This document shows, in pieces, positions 36,301 to 46,069 of a DNA stretch of 64,000 nucleotides; within the stretch, counting starts at the first letter, position 1, and the number at the start of each line of letters is the position of its first letter. The translations under genes and the position numbers were made by a program. Where the stretch lies: contig NMRA01000041.1 of assembly GCA_002633005.1 (NCBI GenBank), positions 749,294 through 813,293 on the forward strand. The letters are read 5' to 3'. The notes beneath the pieces were generated by a model. It did not search any database. It worked only from the letters and a program-made list of their open reading frames with translations, and was not told where the DNA came from. This DNA comes from Phoronis australis. Its lineage: Eukaryota; Animalia; Phoronida.

Positions 36301-39300
36301 TCAATAGCTATCTGTAACATTCAATAGCTATCTGTAACTTTCAATAACTACATGTATCTGTAACTTTCATGTCATTCCAAGGAGCCAAACTAGATTGATG
36401 TTTTTGCAACAGTGGAGCAATTTTATTGTGTCAGGATAGTGCAGTATTCACAGTACATGCGAGCTGTTGAACTTCTTCCCTATACTCTCCTAGTTCTAAT
36501 CTTGTTTCCAGAAAGGCTAACCCTTTTATCCTCTTGACTGCATTTCTTCATTGTATACTCCTCACATGCATTTGTCCTGAAGGCTCACATCTCCAGTGCA
36601 CTGTGGGGCCCTTGACTGCAATGATTGAACAGTGAAAGAGTGATAGTGAATGTCTTGTTGTTGAATTTCAGGAATTCTGGAACATAGTGGAGTTTGGTGT
36701 GGCCATCATGATGTTGGTTGCCATAGTGATGTTCATCTACCGCTTCGTTCTTACTCAACTTGTACAGGCGAACTACAGGAGCGACAAAGTGGGCTTCGTT
36801 AACTTCCAGTACCCGGCCTCTTGGGATGAGGTGAGACATGACAAACATCTGCCATTGGGTGAATATTTCAGAAGACAGCCATTTTCAAAATATACTGATA
36901 ACAATTTGGTGTATCAATAAGGAGAATTCCTGGGTTTTTAGATGTTTTGGAAAATGTGAGGGCCTAAAAAGTTAGATATTAACCGGATATCATTTTTGGA
37001 AGAAATTCAGATAGTTGAAATTCACAGATTCCTGATGTGTCACAATTTGGTTGTTGATTTTTGTTCACAAATTGTGGTTAACTCCAAGGGACCCATAAAT
37101 TGCAATCACAGCACCTCTGAGTTGGACTCAGAAATGGAAACGCAGGTGTTGCTCAAACTATTGAGAGTGCTGTCGCTCACACTACTGAGACTGCAGTCGC
37201 TCACACAATTGAGAGTGTCACTCAGACACACTATTGGAGTGTCGCTCACTCTATTGAGAAAGGCGCTCAAACACGCAATTGAGTGACACCCTAGTCACGA
37301 GACATTGACAGCTGTCAGTTTTCAAAATGACTATGTTTTTATGACCACGGAAGTACATTTTATACCTGAATTGGTTGACTTGTGTCCAAGTCTTGTTCAA
37401 AATGTTTAAGCCAGATGTCCATCTATTTCAAATTGGCTCGATTTATGTGGTACCTCTTCACAGGGAATTTGTTACCCTTGGTTATTGTAAAATTACCAAA
37501 AAATAGTGGACAAAACTATCCATTTTTCAAAAATTACTTGTTGTGAATGGTCACAATTTCTCAAAACATTGTCATGGTATCTAAAACTTGAAAGTGGCAA
37601 AGCATTTATTTGTTATTTTACCATACCAAGTTTTTGAACACTCAGCTCAGTGTTTCTTTTTAAGAATTGATGACGTAGAATTTCTGAGCAGATGTAATAG
37701 TCTACATATCAATGCTCAGTATTTCTTTTGTTATAAATATGGTAGCCAGTTTCCTGATAAGTAATTTTAGGCTCTAACATTTGGCAAAACTGGAATTTTC
37801 CTTTAATGCCCTGAATAGGGAACTTTTATAGTCTATGGAATGTAAAAAATTAAGATAGCACCGATATCTGAAACTATATCATAAATAACCTTTAGGCTAA
37901 TTGTTTAGATTTCTTCCATAATTCTCACTAATTTCACACGAAAAACTAAATAGTTGTAGGCTTGGCTGTGCCAAATAAACTGAATACACAGACTTCACAG
38001 GACTTTCCTGTAGATGGAGTTACTATCGTCATGACAGGGAAACAGACTGTCTTCCTACCCTTAATGTGTACTGTATGGCTAAACCATGTTACCAAAGTTG
38101 CCTTTCCTTGCAGATTTATGGCTACTTGATTGCATTCATCATTTACATCAACACGACCAAATTCCTGAAGCTGTTGCGCTTCAACAAGAAGATGAATCAA
38201 GTGGGCATGACCATCAAGCAGGCAGCCAGCCCTATCATGTCCTTCCTCGTTGTTCTGGGCGTGATCTTCTTCGCTTACGCCGTCGCCTCATTCCTGATCT
38301 TTGGCCGTGTCCTCAAGTCATTCAGTTCCTTCATCGCCTCCAGCGAGACACTGTTCAGTATGATGTTGAGTAAGTGGATTTATTTGTCAGTCTTCTTGTT
38401 TATAACCATGGTAATAACCCGTAGAAAATTTGGAAAATGATGGAGTTGGTTGTATTAAAAATTTATTGACAATGAAAAAAAGGTTTTGAAAATCGTTGAA
38501 AAGTCATAAGATAAGTACGTAACAGCCTTCATTTTTCAAGTTGTATTGCAGGGTTCTGGAATTCAGTTTCATGCTTGGATACAATTGTTAGCAAAGTGGA
38601 CACATTATGGGTGGGAACAGTGAGGAATGGTGCAAGGGATAGCTACAGTGACATCACCTTTAGCTTATAACGTCGTGTTAGTTAAATGATGATGTTGACG
38701 TGATGTGATAAATGTAGTGTATCCTATGGACACAGTTTGAGTTATAAAACATACAGGTGGAGGCTGTTACGTTGAACTCGTTGCACAATCTTTCGTCACT
38801 CTATACGGATGCTTGTTAAGTCATTTAGCAGTCATGCTCAAAATCTCTTCCAAAGTTTGATGGAAAGGTCTCCAGTTCTTATGTATCCCACATTGGTCTT
38901 CCTGGAGTTTGGCAGTTGATGAATTCCGTAGCAGTCAGGGTCACGTGTGCACTTCTGCAAATTGTGTCATTCCCTTTGTCTTCCTCAACATCACTTGGAT
39001 AATAGTTGTGCTTAAAAGTTATAACTGTAAATATTTTGACTTGCATCACTTTGTTTTCTGCTGATGCCAGTCGCCTCATTTTAACTGAATGTTGCACATT
39101 TTCTTGTCCTCTGAGGCCCTCTCTTGGGCACATGGTTCTGCCAATCAGATGTAATCTCTACCTCTGTGTGTCCCAATCTCTCTCCCATCCTTCTTCCCTC
39201 CACTTAAATTGTCACATCCGCTAGTCATTCAGCTACACGTTGATGTTTCTTGCCTGTAGACAAGTTTGACTACCAAGAGTTGGAGACAGCCAACCCCGTG

Positions 39301-41665
39301 TTTGCGCCCATTGTCTTCATCTCGTTCGTCGTGTTCATGGTCTTCATGTTGGTCAACTTCCTGCTGACCATCATCCTTGAGGCATACGCCGTCGTGAAGA
39401 TGGAACTGGCTCGACAGGAGAACCAGTATGAGATGGTCGAGTTCATTGTCGGCCGCTTCAAGGGCATGATTGGGCTGACCTCAGGACCCCAGGTGGCACA
39501 GACAGACCAGCTAATGGACAGCCTTCAGAGTATGTATACACTCTCTAATGTTTTCTTCAGGTGTATTCAGTGTAGTGCATTGCATTGTGGGAAAGGTTGA
39601 AGTGTGATGTCATGGTCAAATTCATGCAGCTAATGTTCAGTGTACCATGGTCAAATTCATGTACTGAATGNATTCAGTTTCATGCTTGGATACAATTGTT
39701 AGCAAAGTGGACACATTATGGGTGGGAACAGTGAGGAATGGTGCAATGGATAGCTACAGTGACATCACCTTTAGCTTATAACGTCGTGTTAGTTAAATGA
39801 TGATGTTGAAGTGATGTGATAAATGTAGTGTATCCTATGGACACAGTTTGAGTTATAAAACATACAGGTGGAGGCTGTTACGTTGAACTCGTTGCACAAT
39901 CTTTCTTCACGCTATACGGATGCATGTTAAGTCATTTAGCAGTCATGCTCAAAATTTCTTCCAAAGTTTGATGGAAAGGTCTTCAGTTCTTATGTATCCC
40001 ACATTGGTCTTCCTGGAGTTTGGCAGTTGATGAATTCCGTAGCAGGCAGGGTCACGTGTGCACTTCTGCAAATGGTGTCATTCCCTTTGACTTCCTCAAC
40101 ATCATTTGGATAATAGTTGTGCTTAAAAGTTATTACCAACTGTAAATATTTTGGACTTGCTAATGCATCACTTTGTTTTCTGCTGATGCCAGTCGCCTCA
40201 TTTTAACTGAATGTTGCACATTTTCTTGTCCTCTGAGGCCCTTTCTTGGGCACATGGTTCTGCCAATCAAATGTAATCTCTACCTCTGTGTCTCCTGATC
40301 TCTCTCCCATCCTTCTTCCCTCCACTTAAATTGTCACATACGCTAGTCATTCAGCTACACGTTGATGTTTCTTGCCTGTAGACAAGTTTGACTACCAAGA
40401 GTTGGAGACAGCCAACCCCGTGTTTGCGCCCATTGTCTTCATCTCGTTTGTCGTGTTCATGGTCTTCATGTTGGTCAACTTCCTGCTGACCATCATCCTT
40501 GAGGCATACGCCGTCGTGAAGATGGAACTGGCTCGACAGGAGAACCAGTATGAGATGGTCGAGTTCATTGTCGGCCGCTTCAAGGGCATGATTGGGCTGA
40601 CCTCAGGACCCCAGGTGGCACAGACAGACCAGCTAATGGACAGCCTTCAGAGTATGTATACACTCTCTAATGTTTTCTTCAGGTGTATTCAGTGTAGTGC
40701 ATTGCATTGTGGGAAAGGTTGAAGTGTGATGTCATGGTCAAATTCATGCAGCTAATGTTCAGTGTAGCATGGTCAAATTCATGTACTGAATGTTCAGGGT
40801 ACCATGGTCAAATTCATGTACTGAATGTTCAGTGTACCATGGTCAAATTTATGTACTGAATGTTCAGTGTAGCATGGTCAAATTCATGTACTGAATGTTC
40901 AGGGTACCATGGTCAAATTCATGTACAGAATGTTCAGTGCATCATGGTAAAATTCATGTTCAGAATGTTCAGTGTACCATGGTCAAATTCATGTACAGAA
41001 TGTTCAGTGTACCATGGTCAAATTCTTGTAGCGAATGTGCAGTGAAACAATTTGTTTATGTTTTTTCCCACAAATTGTTGCATCGATTTATCTAATGTGT
41101 GAAATGTTCAATTGTTCACTAATTTTGAATCTTCAATACTCGTTTCTTTTATTTATCAATTCTGACTGAATGCTCATGTTTTAGTCGTCAACCCTGCACG
41201 AATTCTTGTGTTGTTTATTTGCTTATTTGTTAAGAAATCTCATTGTCCTAATTTCATGAATAGTCGTGTTGCCTGTTCACTCTGAAACAAGTACTTAAAG
41301 TGTTATTTATTCACAAACTTCACATGAATACATGTTGTTATTCTACATGACTTGTATGATATTCGTGCTGCTTATTCACTAATTTTGCGTGAATATTTTG
41401 TAAATTAAGTAATTTAATGCGAGTGCTTGCTAATTCTGTCAGAATACTGGCATACATTTTACACACAGCTGACCATTCATACTGTGCTGTAATGTATTCC
41501 ACAGCCAAGACACGTGATGTGAACAGAAAACTGGCAGAAATGATGGAGCGCGTTGAAGACTACGTCTTCACCAGTGGCCTCGACCAGCATGTCATCATGG
41601 ACGAGATCGACACTATTGAGCAGAAGAGGAGTCAGGCTCTGCGTAAGAAGATTGTCACAGGCTAA
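99..41665 (+). CDS. Polycystin-1 (PKD1)-family protein, multi-exon gene, 5' end outside window (38 exons traced, ~3,660 aa in window)
   Basis: Chain of AG/GT-bounded exons whose phases all match (10,997 nt; after the 2-nt partial first codon the rest is a multiple of 3, ending TAA at 41663-41665). Motifs: PKD repeats (WDFGDG), REJ (SHDPD, CIANC..KVNP, NKPPKPGNC), GPS-like W..DGC...C.C, PLAT (YEIIVYTG, RVWHDNSG.SPSW), HIWFSVFGRP..STFTRCQRL, TOP (PRIRQVR, YGGGGY, WIDQDTRAVFIEF), KFLKLLRFN. Exact orthology (PKD1 vs PKD1L) not determined. Confidence 0.95.
1072..1228 (+). CDS. PKD1-like exon: first half of a PKD repeat
   Basis: ttttacag / g|gtaagc; VATGSGVNLTLDVDDGT. Confidence 0.85.
1778..1980 (+). 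CDS. PKD1-like exon: start of inserted beta-rich module
   Basis: ctctaag acceptor (the upstream ttatccag acceptor would read into TAA), cag|gtgaga donor; GHVLGWKYNAKTTGDIKFQ. Confidence 0.8.
3363..3786 (+). CDS. PKD1-like exon: Cys-loop module
   Basis: gttgcag / a|gtgagt; IFRPTCSGEELFCYRSYSC...FSLVGE...VQKGDVLAVY. Confidence 0.85.
4098..4307 (+). CDS. PKD1-like exon: second half of PKD repeat
   Basis: ttaccag / cag|gtatag; SHMYFGEGFFANVSVNIS...VDVQESI. Confidence 0.85.
5173..5363 (+). CDS. PKD1-like exon: PKD repeat (reading frame not in ORF track)
   Basis: ttgcag / acg|gtaagg; YNITFGDGS...SHNYTEAGVYAATVFAYNDIS. Confidence 0.9.
6690..6807 (+). CDS. PKD1-like exon
   Basis: ttcccag / g|gtaaat; IWFPVQDAISPL...FAWIANG, phase-compatible. 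Confidence 0.8.
7119..7235 (+). CDS. PKD1-like exon: PKD repeat core
   Basis: tttcag / t|gtaagt; GTNVTFSFDMGDG. Confidence 0.8.
7174..9204. other. ~1.0-kb direct duplication joined by a single N (8189); probable haplotype-overlap assembly artefact
   Basis: 7174-8188 recurs at 8190-9204 with scattered substitutions; the first copy of the large exon (7909-8188) is cut at the N. Confidence 0.85.
8925..11705 (+). CDS. PKD1-like giant exon (2,781 nt): multiple PKD repeats and start of REJ
   Basis: ttttccag / g|gtaagc; uninterrupted 954-aa ORF with VDYDDG, ATFGD, WDWEDD, VDFKDG, WDFGDG repeats and many N-x-S/T sequons. Confidence 0.95.
11826..12030. repeat. Pyrimidine-rich low-complexity tract
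   Basis: Repeated ccctccatctgtc-like units. Confidence 0.8.
12151..12387 (+). CDS. PKD1-like exon: REJ
   Basis: ctgcag / cag|gtgagc; VIDESHDPD...YRYFCRR. Confidence 0.9.
12404..12620. repeat. Minisatellite, 18-19-bp unit gtaatactat(a)tctcttg
   Basis: About 11-12 tandem copies visible. Confidence 0.9.
13136..13298 (+). CDS. PKD1-like exon: REJ
   Basis: actag / ca|gtgagt; YKDTRR...LKITPGEPP. Confidence 0.85.
13370..14320 (-). mobile_element. Decayed, 5'-truncated Penelope-like retroelement (RT C-terminus + GIY-YIG endonuclease)
   Basis: Minus-strand translation with frameshifts/stops: HPSINFTSESEHESCLPFLDVLV; VYRKPSFSGLYLKFDSFVPIQYKSGLV; ANGYP; SNVVYK..CDNCNEVYIGLTQRRLCDRLREH. Confidence 0.85.
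13378..13418 (-). ncRNA. Minimal hammerhead-ribozyme motif at the 3' end of the Penelope-like element
   Basis: Minus strand: gtatc CTGATGA t GTCTA ctgaa TAGAC GAAA cg TC gaat. Catalytic core boxes, 5-bp stem II, palindromic ACGT mini stem III; stem I weak. Confidence 0.65.
14374..14714 (+). CDS. PKD1-like exon: REJ
   Basis: ctcttag / g|gtaagt; CIANCLSATKVNP. Confidence 0.9.
16030..16227 (+). CDS. PKD1-like exon: REJ (reading frame not in ORF track)
   Basis: ttttag / g|gttagt; VNKPPKPGNCTCDPCNGTALETTY...DEDVPIKY. Confidence 0.9.
16517..16647 (+). CDS. PKD1-like exon: end of REJ
   Basis: ttacag / tat|gtgagc; LPPGMPERGYQVT...DAVGS. Confidence 0.85.
17000..17162 (+). CDS. PKD1-like exon: helical region before GAIN-B
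   Basis: tgtccag / a|gtatgc; SGNDAQMGNVISAIAS. Confidence 0.85.
17578..17660 (+). CDS. PKD1-like exon with probable GC donor
   Basis: tttttaatag acceptor; SEDSLKLIEKCASEAAKLEPTGDTVNQ; cag|gcaagt (alternative acc|gtaaat 9 nt upstream, same phase). Confidence 0.7.
18438..18600 (+). CDS. PKD1-like exon
   Basis: tgtccag / g|gtgagt; LMSAGLSVTSNPGGMTADASSSA. Confidence 0.85.
19883..19911 (+). CDS. PKD1-like 29-nt micro-exon
   Basis: tattttcag / aat|gtaagt; supplies the phase 1 to 0 change needed between flanking exons (ENIQKAAKDN). Confidence 0.7.
21232..21382 (+). CDS. PKD1-like exon
   Basis: gcacag / g|gtgagt; AVLNKMVPGEKP (PKD1-family VPGE.P motif). Confidence 0.85.
21930..22024 (+). CDS. 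PKD1-like exon
   Basis: cttctag / cag|gtgagt; phase-compatible. Confidence 0.8.
22732..23193 (+). CDS. PKD1-like exon: GAIN-B start plus Thr-rich insert
   Basis: ctttag / cag|gtacat; VQSQVVGISFTNATG...LELHISVP. Confidence 0.9.
23562..24115 (+). CDS. PKD1-like exon: Cys repeats, Thr tract, GAIN-B
   Basis: ttcctag / tt|gttagt; FTVYFGLTAPPTVEKYDF. Confidence 0.9.
24656..24828 (+). CDS. PKD1-like exon: GAIN-B, RSKR site
   Basis: gttccag / a|gtgagt; GTIYMGV. Confidence 0.85.
25074..25252 (+). CDS. PKD1-like exon: RVRR site and first half of GPS
   Basis: cgatag / gag|gtgatt; QCKYYNPYSLKWETDGCE. Confidence 0.9.
25469..25792 (+). CDS. PKD1-like exon: atypical GPS, stalk, TM1
   Basis: tttcag / aag|gtaaaa; THCICTRL-33aa-TAFGCG..VPMNTI...NPVIFSVMVALICLYLITLIWAKKAD. 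Confidence 0.92.
25940..26062 (-). mobile_element. Possible decayed tRNA-derived (CORE-type) SINE head
   Basis: Minus strand gtgtcctagtgg (A-box-like), gagtacaagttc (B-box-like), then cccttgagtcagg (CORE-like). Confidence 0.35.
26551..26795 (+). CDS. PKD1-like exon: PLAT domain
   Basis: cctgcag / cg|gtgagt; YEIIVYTG..SGTTSHV...RGSVDSFLMAVPRTLGPL. Confidence 0.95.
27818..27950 (+). CDS. PKD1-like exon: PLAT domain (reading frame not in ORF track)
   Basis: gttacag / ttg|gtaagg; VWHDNSGTSPSWFFSRMVVKDLQT...KWLAVEEEDG. Confidence 0.95.
28439..29215 (+). CDS. PKD1-like exon: TM2 to start of TM5
   Basis: ctttcag / aag|gtgggt; DGHIWFSVFGRPVKSTFTRCQRL...QPLK. Confidence 0.95.
29272..29626. repeat. 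Minisatellite, 52-bp unit
   Basis: gactagtcatgaatttgaccatccccattcactgctctcacattagcctcaa, about 7 copies, one internally deleted. Confidence 0.9.
30126..30352 (+). CDS. PKD1-like exon: end of TM5 and cytoplasmic loop
   Basis: acacag / ag|gtatga; PPDEEYLKAAKAQR. Confidence 0.9.
30360..30700. repeat. Degenerate ~32-bp tandem repeat
   Basis: Recurring ccactggtcaagg..tgaggtgactata-like units. Confidence 0.6.
31243..31420 (+). CDS. PKD1-like exon: TM6 (S1)
   Basis: gcacag / tcg|gtaggt; EIAAYLFFLYLLMMVGYGNRD. Confidence 0.92.
32474..32645 (+). CDS. PKD1-like exon: TOP/polycystin domain
   Basis: ctgtag / c|gtaagt; FWEW...WYNG...LMGIPRIRQVR. Confidence 0.92.
33918..34031 (+). CDS. PKD1-like exon: TOP domain
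   Basis: ttgtag / a|gtaagt; NC...C...Y....ED...Y...W. Confidence 0.9.
34437..34715 (+). CDS. PKD1-like exon: TOP domain
   Basis: ttcccag / ag|gtatca; YGGGGYVVEL...NWIDQDTRAVFIEFVAYNPALNL. Confidence 0.95.
35211..35374 (+). CDS. PKD1-like exon: S2 (alternative in-frame acceptor at 35163)
   Basis: gcacag / aag|gtatac; RLDRY...AELGAAIWAIYAFVRELRKIKREKVAYFK. Confidence 0.9.
36139..36368. repeat. Minisatellite, 20-bp unit tttcaatagctrtctgtaac
   Basis: About 11 tandem copies. Confidence 0.92.
36672..36830 (+). CDS. PKD1-like exon: S3
   Basis: tttcag / gag|gtgaga; FWNIVE...FVNFQY. Confidence 0.92.
38114..38369 (+). CDS. PKD1-like exon: S4, S5, pore helix
   Basis: cttgcag / a|gtaagt; KFLKLLRFNKKM...FSSFIASSETLFSMML. 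Confidence 0.95.
39260..39529 (+). CDS. PKD1-like exon: pore loop, S6 (copy 1)
   Basis: cctgtag / a|gtatgt; KFDYQELETANPVFAPIVFISF...VNFLLTIILEAY. Confidence 0.88.
40382..40651 (+). CDS. PKD1-like exon: pore loop, S6 (copy 2, probably the other allele)
   Basis: Same protein sequence as copy 1; synonymous TTC/TTT difference. Confidence 0.7.
40730..41040. repeat. Minisatellite, 35-bp unit catggtcaaattcatgtactgaatgttcagtgtac
   Basis: About 9 tandem copies. Confidence 0.92.
41505..41665 (+). CDS. PKD1-like terminal exon: helical/coiled-coil tail and stop
   Basis: ttccacag acceptor, phase matches; DVNRKLAEMMERVEDYV...RKKIVTG*. Confidence 0.82.
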
Positions 41666-42164
41666 TGGGCAGTGACAAAAAACTGAACGATGAACAGAGC
41701 TGCTCAATGTCCATAGCATGTGTGATGTACGTCAATAATCACTATATGTTATTAACTACCATTACTGTTATTGTGAAGAATTGTTCTCTTAAATTTATTT
41801 TAGTATGCACTGTTACTTATTATACTTTTGGAAGAATGTTCTGTTTGTTATGTTTTTAGTTCCAGACCCATTTGAATTATGTAATTTACATTTAAAGTAT
41901 ACCATTTGAACCTGTAGTGGCTTGTACACGTACTTTAATGAAATAGAAATCATTGTCTTTTTACAAGGTTAGGGGGTAGCAAAAGCAAAATTATTTATGT
42001 TCAACATACGTACAGATTGTGCAATATCACTGAAGGAACCTGGACAGAAGGGAGTAGTGTGTAGTTAAGTTTTTGTAATTTTTATGTTCCAATACCTGAA
42101 CAAGTCCATGCACCACGATAGGCATATATACAAGATACGTATTTTACACTATTTTATCATGAGG

Positions 42165-42305
42165 CTACCGTAACATGAGACTACTTTGATACGAGGCTAT
42201 TGTAACAGGAGGCTGTTGTAACTTGGGGCTATTGTAACGTGAGGCTGTTGTAACAGGGGGCTATTGTAACATGGTGCTCTCTTAACATGAGACTATTGTA
42301 ACATG
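42165..42305. repeat. Short degenerate 16-bp tandem repeat in the presumed 3' UTR
   Basis: gaggctattgtaacat-like units. Confidence 0.7.
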
Positions 42306-42972
42306 GTAACTTTGAGTCTATGAAAATTGTGTGTTACACTAGACAAAAACCTACATCATTGAATTTGGACCATATTTTTGGCTGTTTCGCTGTATGAAGT
42401 CCGTGTACTTGAAGTATAATGTACAATGAAATTCTTTCACCAGATTGAGACATAAAATTAGAAAGATATCGCTAAAATAGAAAGTTTTGCATGAATTACA
42501 TCACCTTTTATTTGTATGTGTAATTGTCATAATTATTTTTCAAGTACAAAAAACGATGTTCTTTGTCTTTGAATTATGGTGCACTTCTAGAAATTCAAAA
42601 ATATTTACTAACTAAAGTCTATTAGGTAAAGTTCATATGATATTGGTAAAGAAGTTTCATCTGGGAATAAGTTCTCATAAATGAATTTGTATTCACAATT
42701 GTAACTACCTCAAAGAATGTCTTTAATGGCTGTCTGTTCATTTACGTCTGCAGTATTTACCATATTTCATGCTTTTGTGAAATAACAGGACTAAACTTGA
42801 AGTCAAGTTGGCTGTAAAAACAGAAATCCATTAACACCTGGGTGTAATAGAATGTTTACTGGCATACTTTACCCCAGAGGGTCTTTCAACTCTTTGGCGT
42901 TTGCTGCTTCAACACGCTAAATGCGCCTTGTATCGTGCCTGAACTGTGATCACGTTTTAAGTTTGTTTTATC

Positions 42973-42978
42973 AATAAA
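42973..42978 (+). terminator. Candidate polyadenylation signal of the PKD1-like gene
   Basis: AATAAA followed by T-rich sequence ~1.3 kb after the stop. Confidence 0.35.
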
Positions 42979-44468
42979 AGTTTTATTGTTTGAATCGTTC
43001 TGGTAATTGGAATCTTAAGATTCAGCGCAGAAGTACATGGGTATCTGCTCCATCTGATGGAAAACGAAAAGCCAAGCGTCTTTGAGGGATATAAAATCGG
43101 GTGGTTGACCTTACGATTACTGTAGATACTACCGGGATAGTAGGACTTCATCAGAATATTGTAAGAAGCCCAACTGCTGTCACCTTTTTAACGGCGAATA
43201 TTGGATTTTTACAAGTTTGAAGAGTTTGTTTCTAGAAGATTCGACTTCACTGAATCACCTATTTTATGTAGTTCGGTTATTTTAGATAGGCAACATGTTT
43301 AAAGGGCTTTGGATGTCGATTAGCAAATCTTTTCTCAAATTTCAAGCTGCATCAAAATTCACCGAAGTATCAATTTCCTTCAATATTTTAGTTTATGATA
43401 TCAAAAAAGAAACGCAAAACGCCAAAGTCGTAGTTCGACTTGTTCGCAATCAATGTGAGCGGTGTTCATCGCAATAGGAACCTTGCGTGACGAGATGCAC
43501 CATTGGGCCTGTCGAACTAGTATTGCTAGTCATATGTGAACGAAGCGACTTCGTTATCGGTCAGTCCTCTCAACGAGGCTAAACATGAACACGACGATAA
43601 TCAACTGCGCTCAGAGGATCTCATTGCTATCGAAGATCTCGTGGTTACAGCCAACTAATCAATGCCAGCTTAATCATTGCAGACTTCTTGTGACGTAGTA
43701 CACTGCAGGAGATCACGTGCAAATTCCCTCACGCGTTTTCGAAATTTTGTAACTACATACACAAAACGTACCGAGAGTGGCGTATGTGAAACAATACAGT
43801 CCGAAACTTATTAATTAACAAAACGTGATTATTCATGGCACTAAAGTGACATTGACGAACGCGTATAATTAGTAATTGAAGAGCCCTCTCGCGTTCAATC
43901 CACATTTTAAAATGGAATTAAGTAAACACGTGAGATGGTTGACAGACTTTCAAATGAATGCGACATTTCGCAAAGTGGAAGTGCCTTTTCCATGTAAATA
44001 GCGCAACGAACGTGCTTAGACATATTATATTCTTAGAATAGTACGACCCAGCAAAATAGGTCGTTCAATGTTGAAGGTTTCCGCACCAATGAACCAAACA
44101 AATCTTGCGCAACTTTCACAACCTCGTCCTTCCCAGCACAGCCTGGTCCTTTTCATTTCTCTTCTGTCCGACCTAGTTAGTTAACGGTCGGTCCCTCCCA
44201 TTATTTTCATTTTGACCCATTATGTGCATGTTTGCTTCATAGACCCTTTTGTCACTCATTACGACGGTTTTGGTCTTTTTAGCTTACTGTTTCAATTATC
44301 AAGTTAAATGCCTTTGCATTGTAGTTTGATGAATTATGCTGAAATGGACAAAATGGGTTGAGAGTCTTGACCCACAGGTATGTTTAATTGACTCATTATG
44401 TCCACTTTTGTTTGCCATGTCCCTTTAAACCATGAATTTCAAGCGTTAAGTCGGTTTGGTTTATTAGT

Positions 44469-45385
44469 TAAAGAGGCGCGATAAACAGACTAAATTGGAA
44501 TACTGAAAGTGGTTCTCTGACCACTGAAACTGAATTCATCCAGCTCATCAGGTATTTTTAAGATTGGTTTTAACTTCTGTTGATATCAAAGCATTTTCTT
44601 TTATTTTCAAAAAAATGAAACATCTGTCAAATGATCGCTTCTTTGTCGATTTTTCTCCCACAAGGCAAAGCACGTCTCCTTATTTGGTAAGGCAAGACAT
44701 AGATGTAGCACATTTCTCTTATGTGGAAAATGTGACCTTTGACGTCAATAAACTTCCTCAACTGACTGTGAGCGCATGCGCGCATTTACTATAAGTGGGA
44801 TGGAGATTAAGTTTGTGGTCACCACAAAGCTTTTCCTTTGCGCGTAATTCAAAAATCGTGAATTTTGTGATTTTTCCGGACATTTCCTCACAGGGGTGAC
44901 TGGAGCAACAATTGGCAACGCAGTGTATAAAAACGGTATACAATATGCCTGAAATAACGCACAATGCTCAGTGGCGAAGCTAGAATTGATACTGTCTCGG
45001 CCAACAAGCTTAGACTGGTCTTAGATACACCAAACAATTTCTTCAATATGAACAGGATTAAAGGCGAAACGTCGTCGCGTTGGCACAAAACACATATTTT
45101 GAAAACAAATTTATTGGCATCTTCCTTTTTTCCTAGCATCATGTCAGTTGAAAGTTGTGATCCTTTTTCTTTAAGCATTAAGGCGGATATGTGGAGCAGA
45201 CCAAAACCAATGACAGTTCTTGCTTGAGAGCATTCTCGACGCATAACAACCTGCGGTAACAAGCCAACATGTTTAGCATGGTCTCATGCTATTTCTTTCC
45301 AAGACAAGAAATCACCTGCATTTTGATTAACGAACAATTCGAAACCAATTTTATAATGATAACTGGTCTAAACCAAAAGTTAATT
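44469..45385 (+). repeat. Dispersed repeat, copy 1 (homologous to 61861-63092)
   Basis: Shared blocks ttaaagagg, ataaacagacta, ttctgttgatatcaaagcattttcttt, gcaaagcacgtctccttatttggta, ggaaaatgtgacctttgac, tctttccaagac, ggtctaaa.caaaagtt. Confidence 0.8.
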
Positions 45386-46069
45386 GGCGTCATCGAAGTC
45401 ATCGCCGGGCTGATGTTGGTTGCACCTATGAGCATCCCTGCAGGTGAACTTGTTGAAGGGAACTACACCTGCGCAGGGCACGGCCGTCAAGCGTAAAGCT
45501 GATAGAAGCACTAAACAGGATAGAAGATGAGAATAACGAGGCAAAGGGCATTAGCGTGCCTTTCGTGACATATCTGACAGGGGGATTTCTGCTGGCGCAG
45601 TAGCATGTACACGTATAACAGTTGCAGGGGCCATTTTGCCAGATGACCATGTATCATACGTCGATACCGCGGGAGGTCCAATCGGGAACTGGTGCCTCAG
45701 AACCAGAACAACTTAACATCAAAGGAAATGTGGTGAAAACCATGGGAAAACTCCAAATCAAGCAATTCATTAGTCAAGGCTCCAGACAACTAACGATTTC
45801 TCGCCAAAATTAGCTTACAGACGCATAAATTATACTGCATTGTCGTTCCTTATAATCATCGACTCACGGACCAGGGCCTGTTCCACGAAACTGACTTAAT
45901 CTTATTTTTACTCAAGTTTAAGATTTGTCTCAACTTCCAAACTGTGAAACATCCACATCCAGTAAGTTTATCAAAATTAAGACAAAATATACGTCAAACT
46001 AAAGATCTCTTTCTTTAATTTAAGTTTTATCTTAAAATTGGTCGAAATTTAAGATTTGCTTTAGCTTAA

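Larger units (their letters stand above)
38561..40792. other. ~1.1-kb direct duplication joined by a single N (39671); probable haplotype-overlap assembly artefact
   Basis: 38561-39670 recurs at 39672-~40792 with substitutions and small indels; the S6 exon appears twice. Confidence 0.85.

Noticed and set aside
12404-41040. Minisatellites (12404, 29272, 36139, 40730) as CRISPR arrays
   Set aside because: Head-to-tail units with no unique spacers, inside eukaryotic introns, no cas genes.
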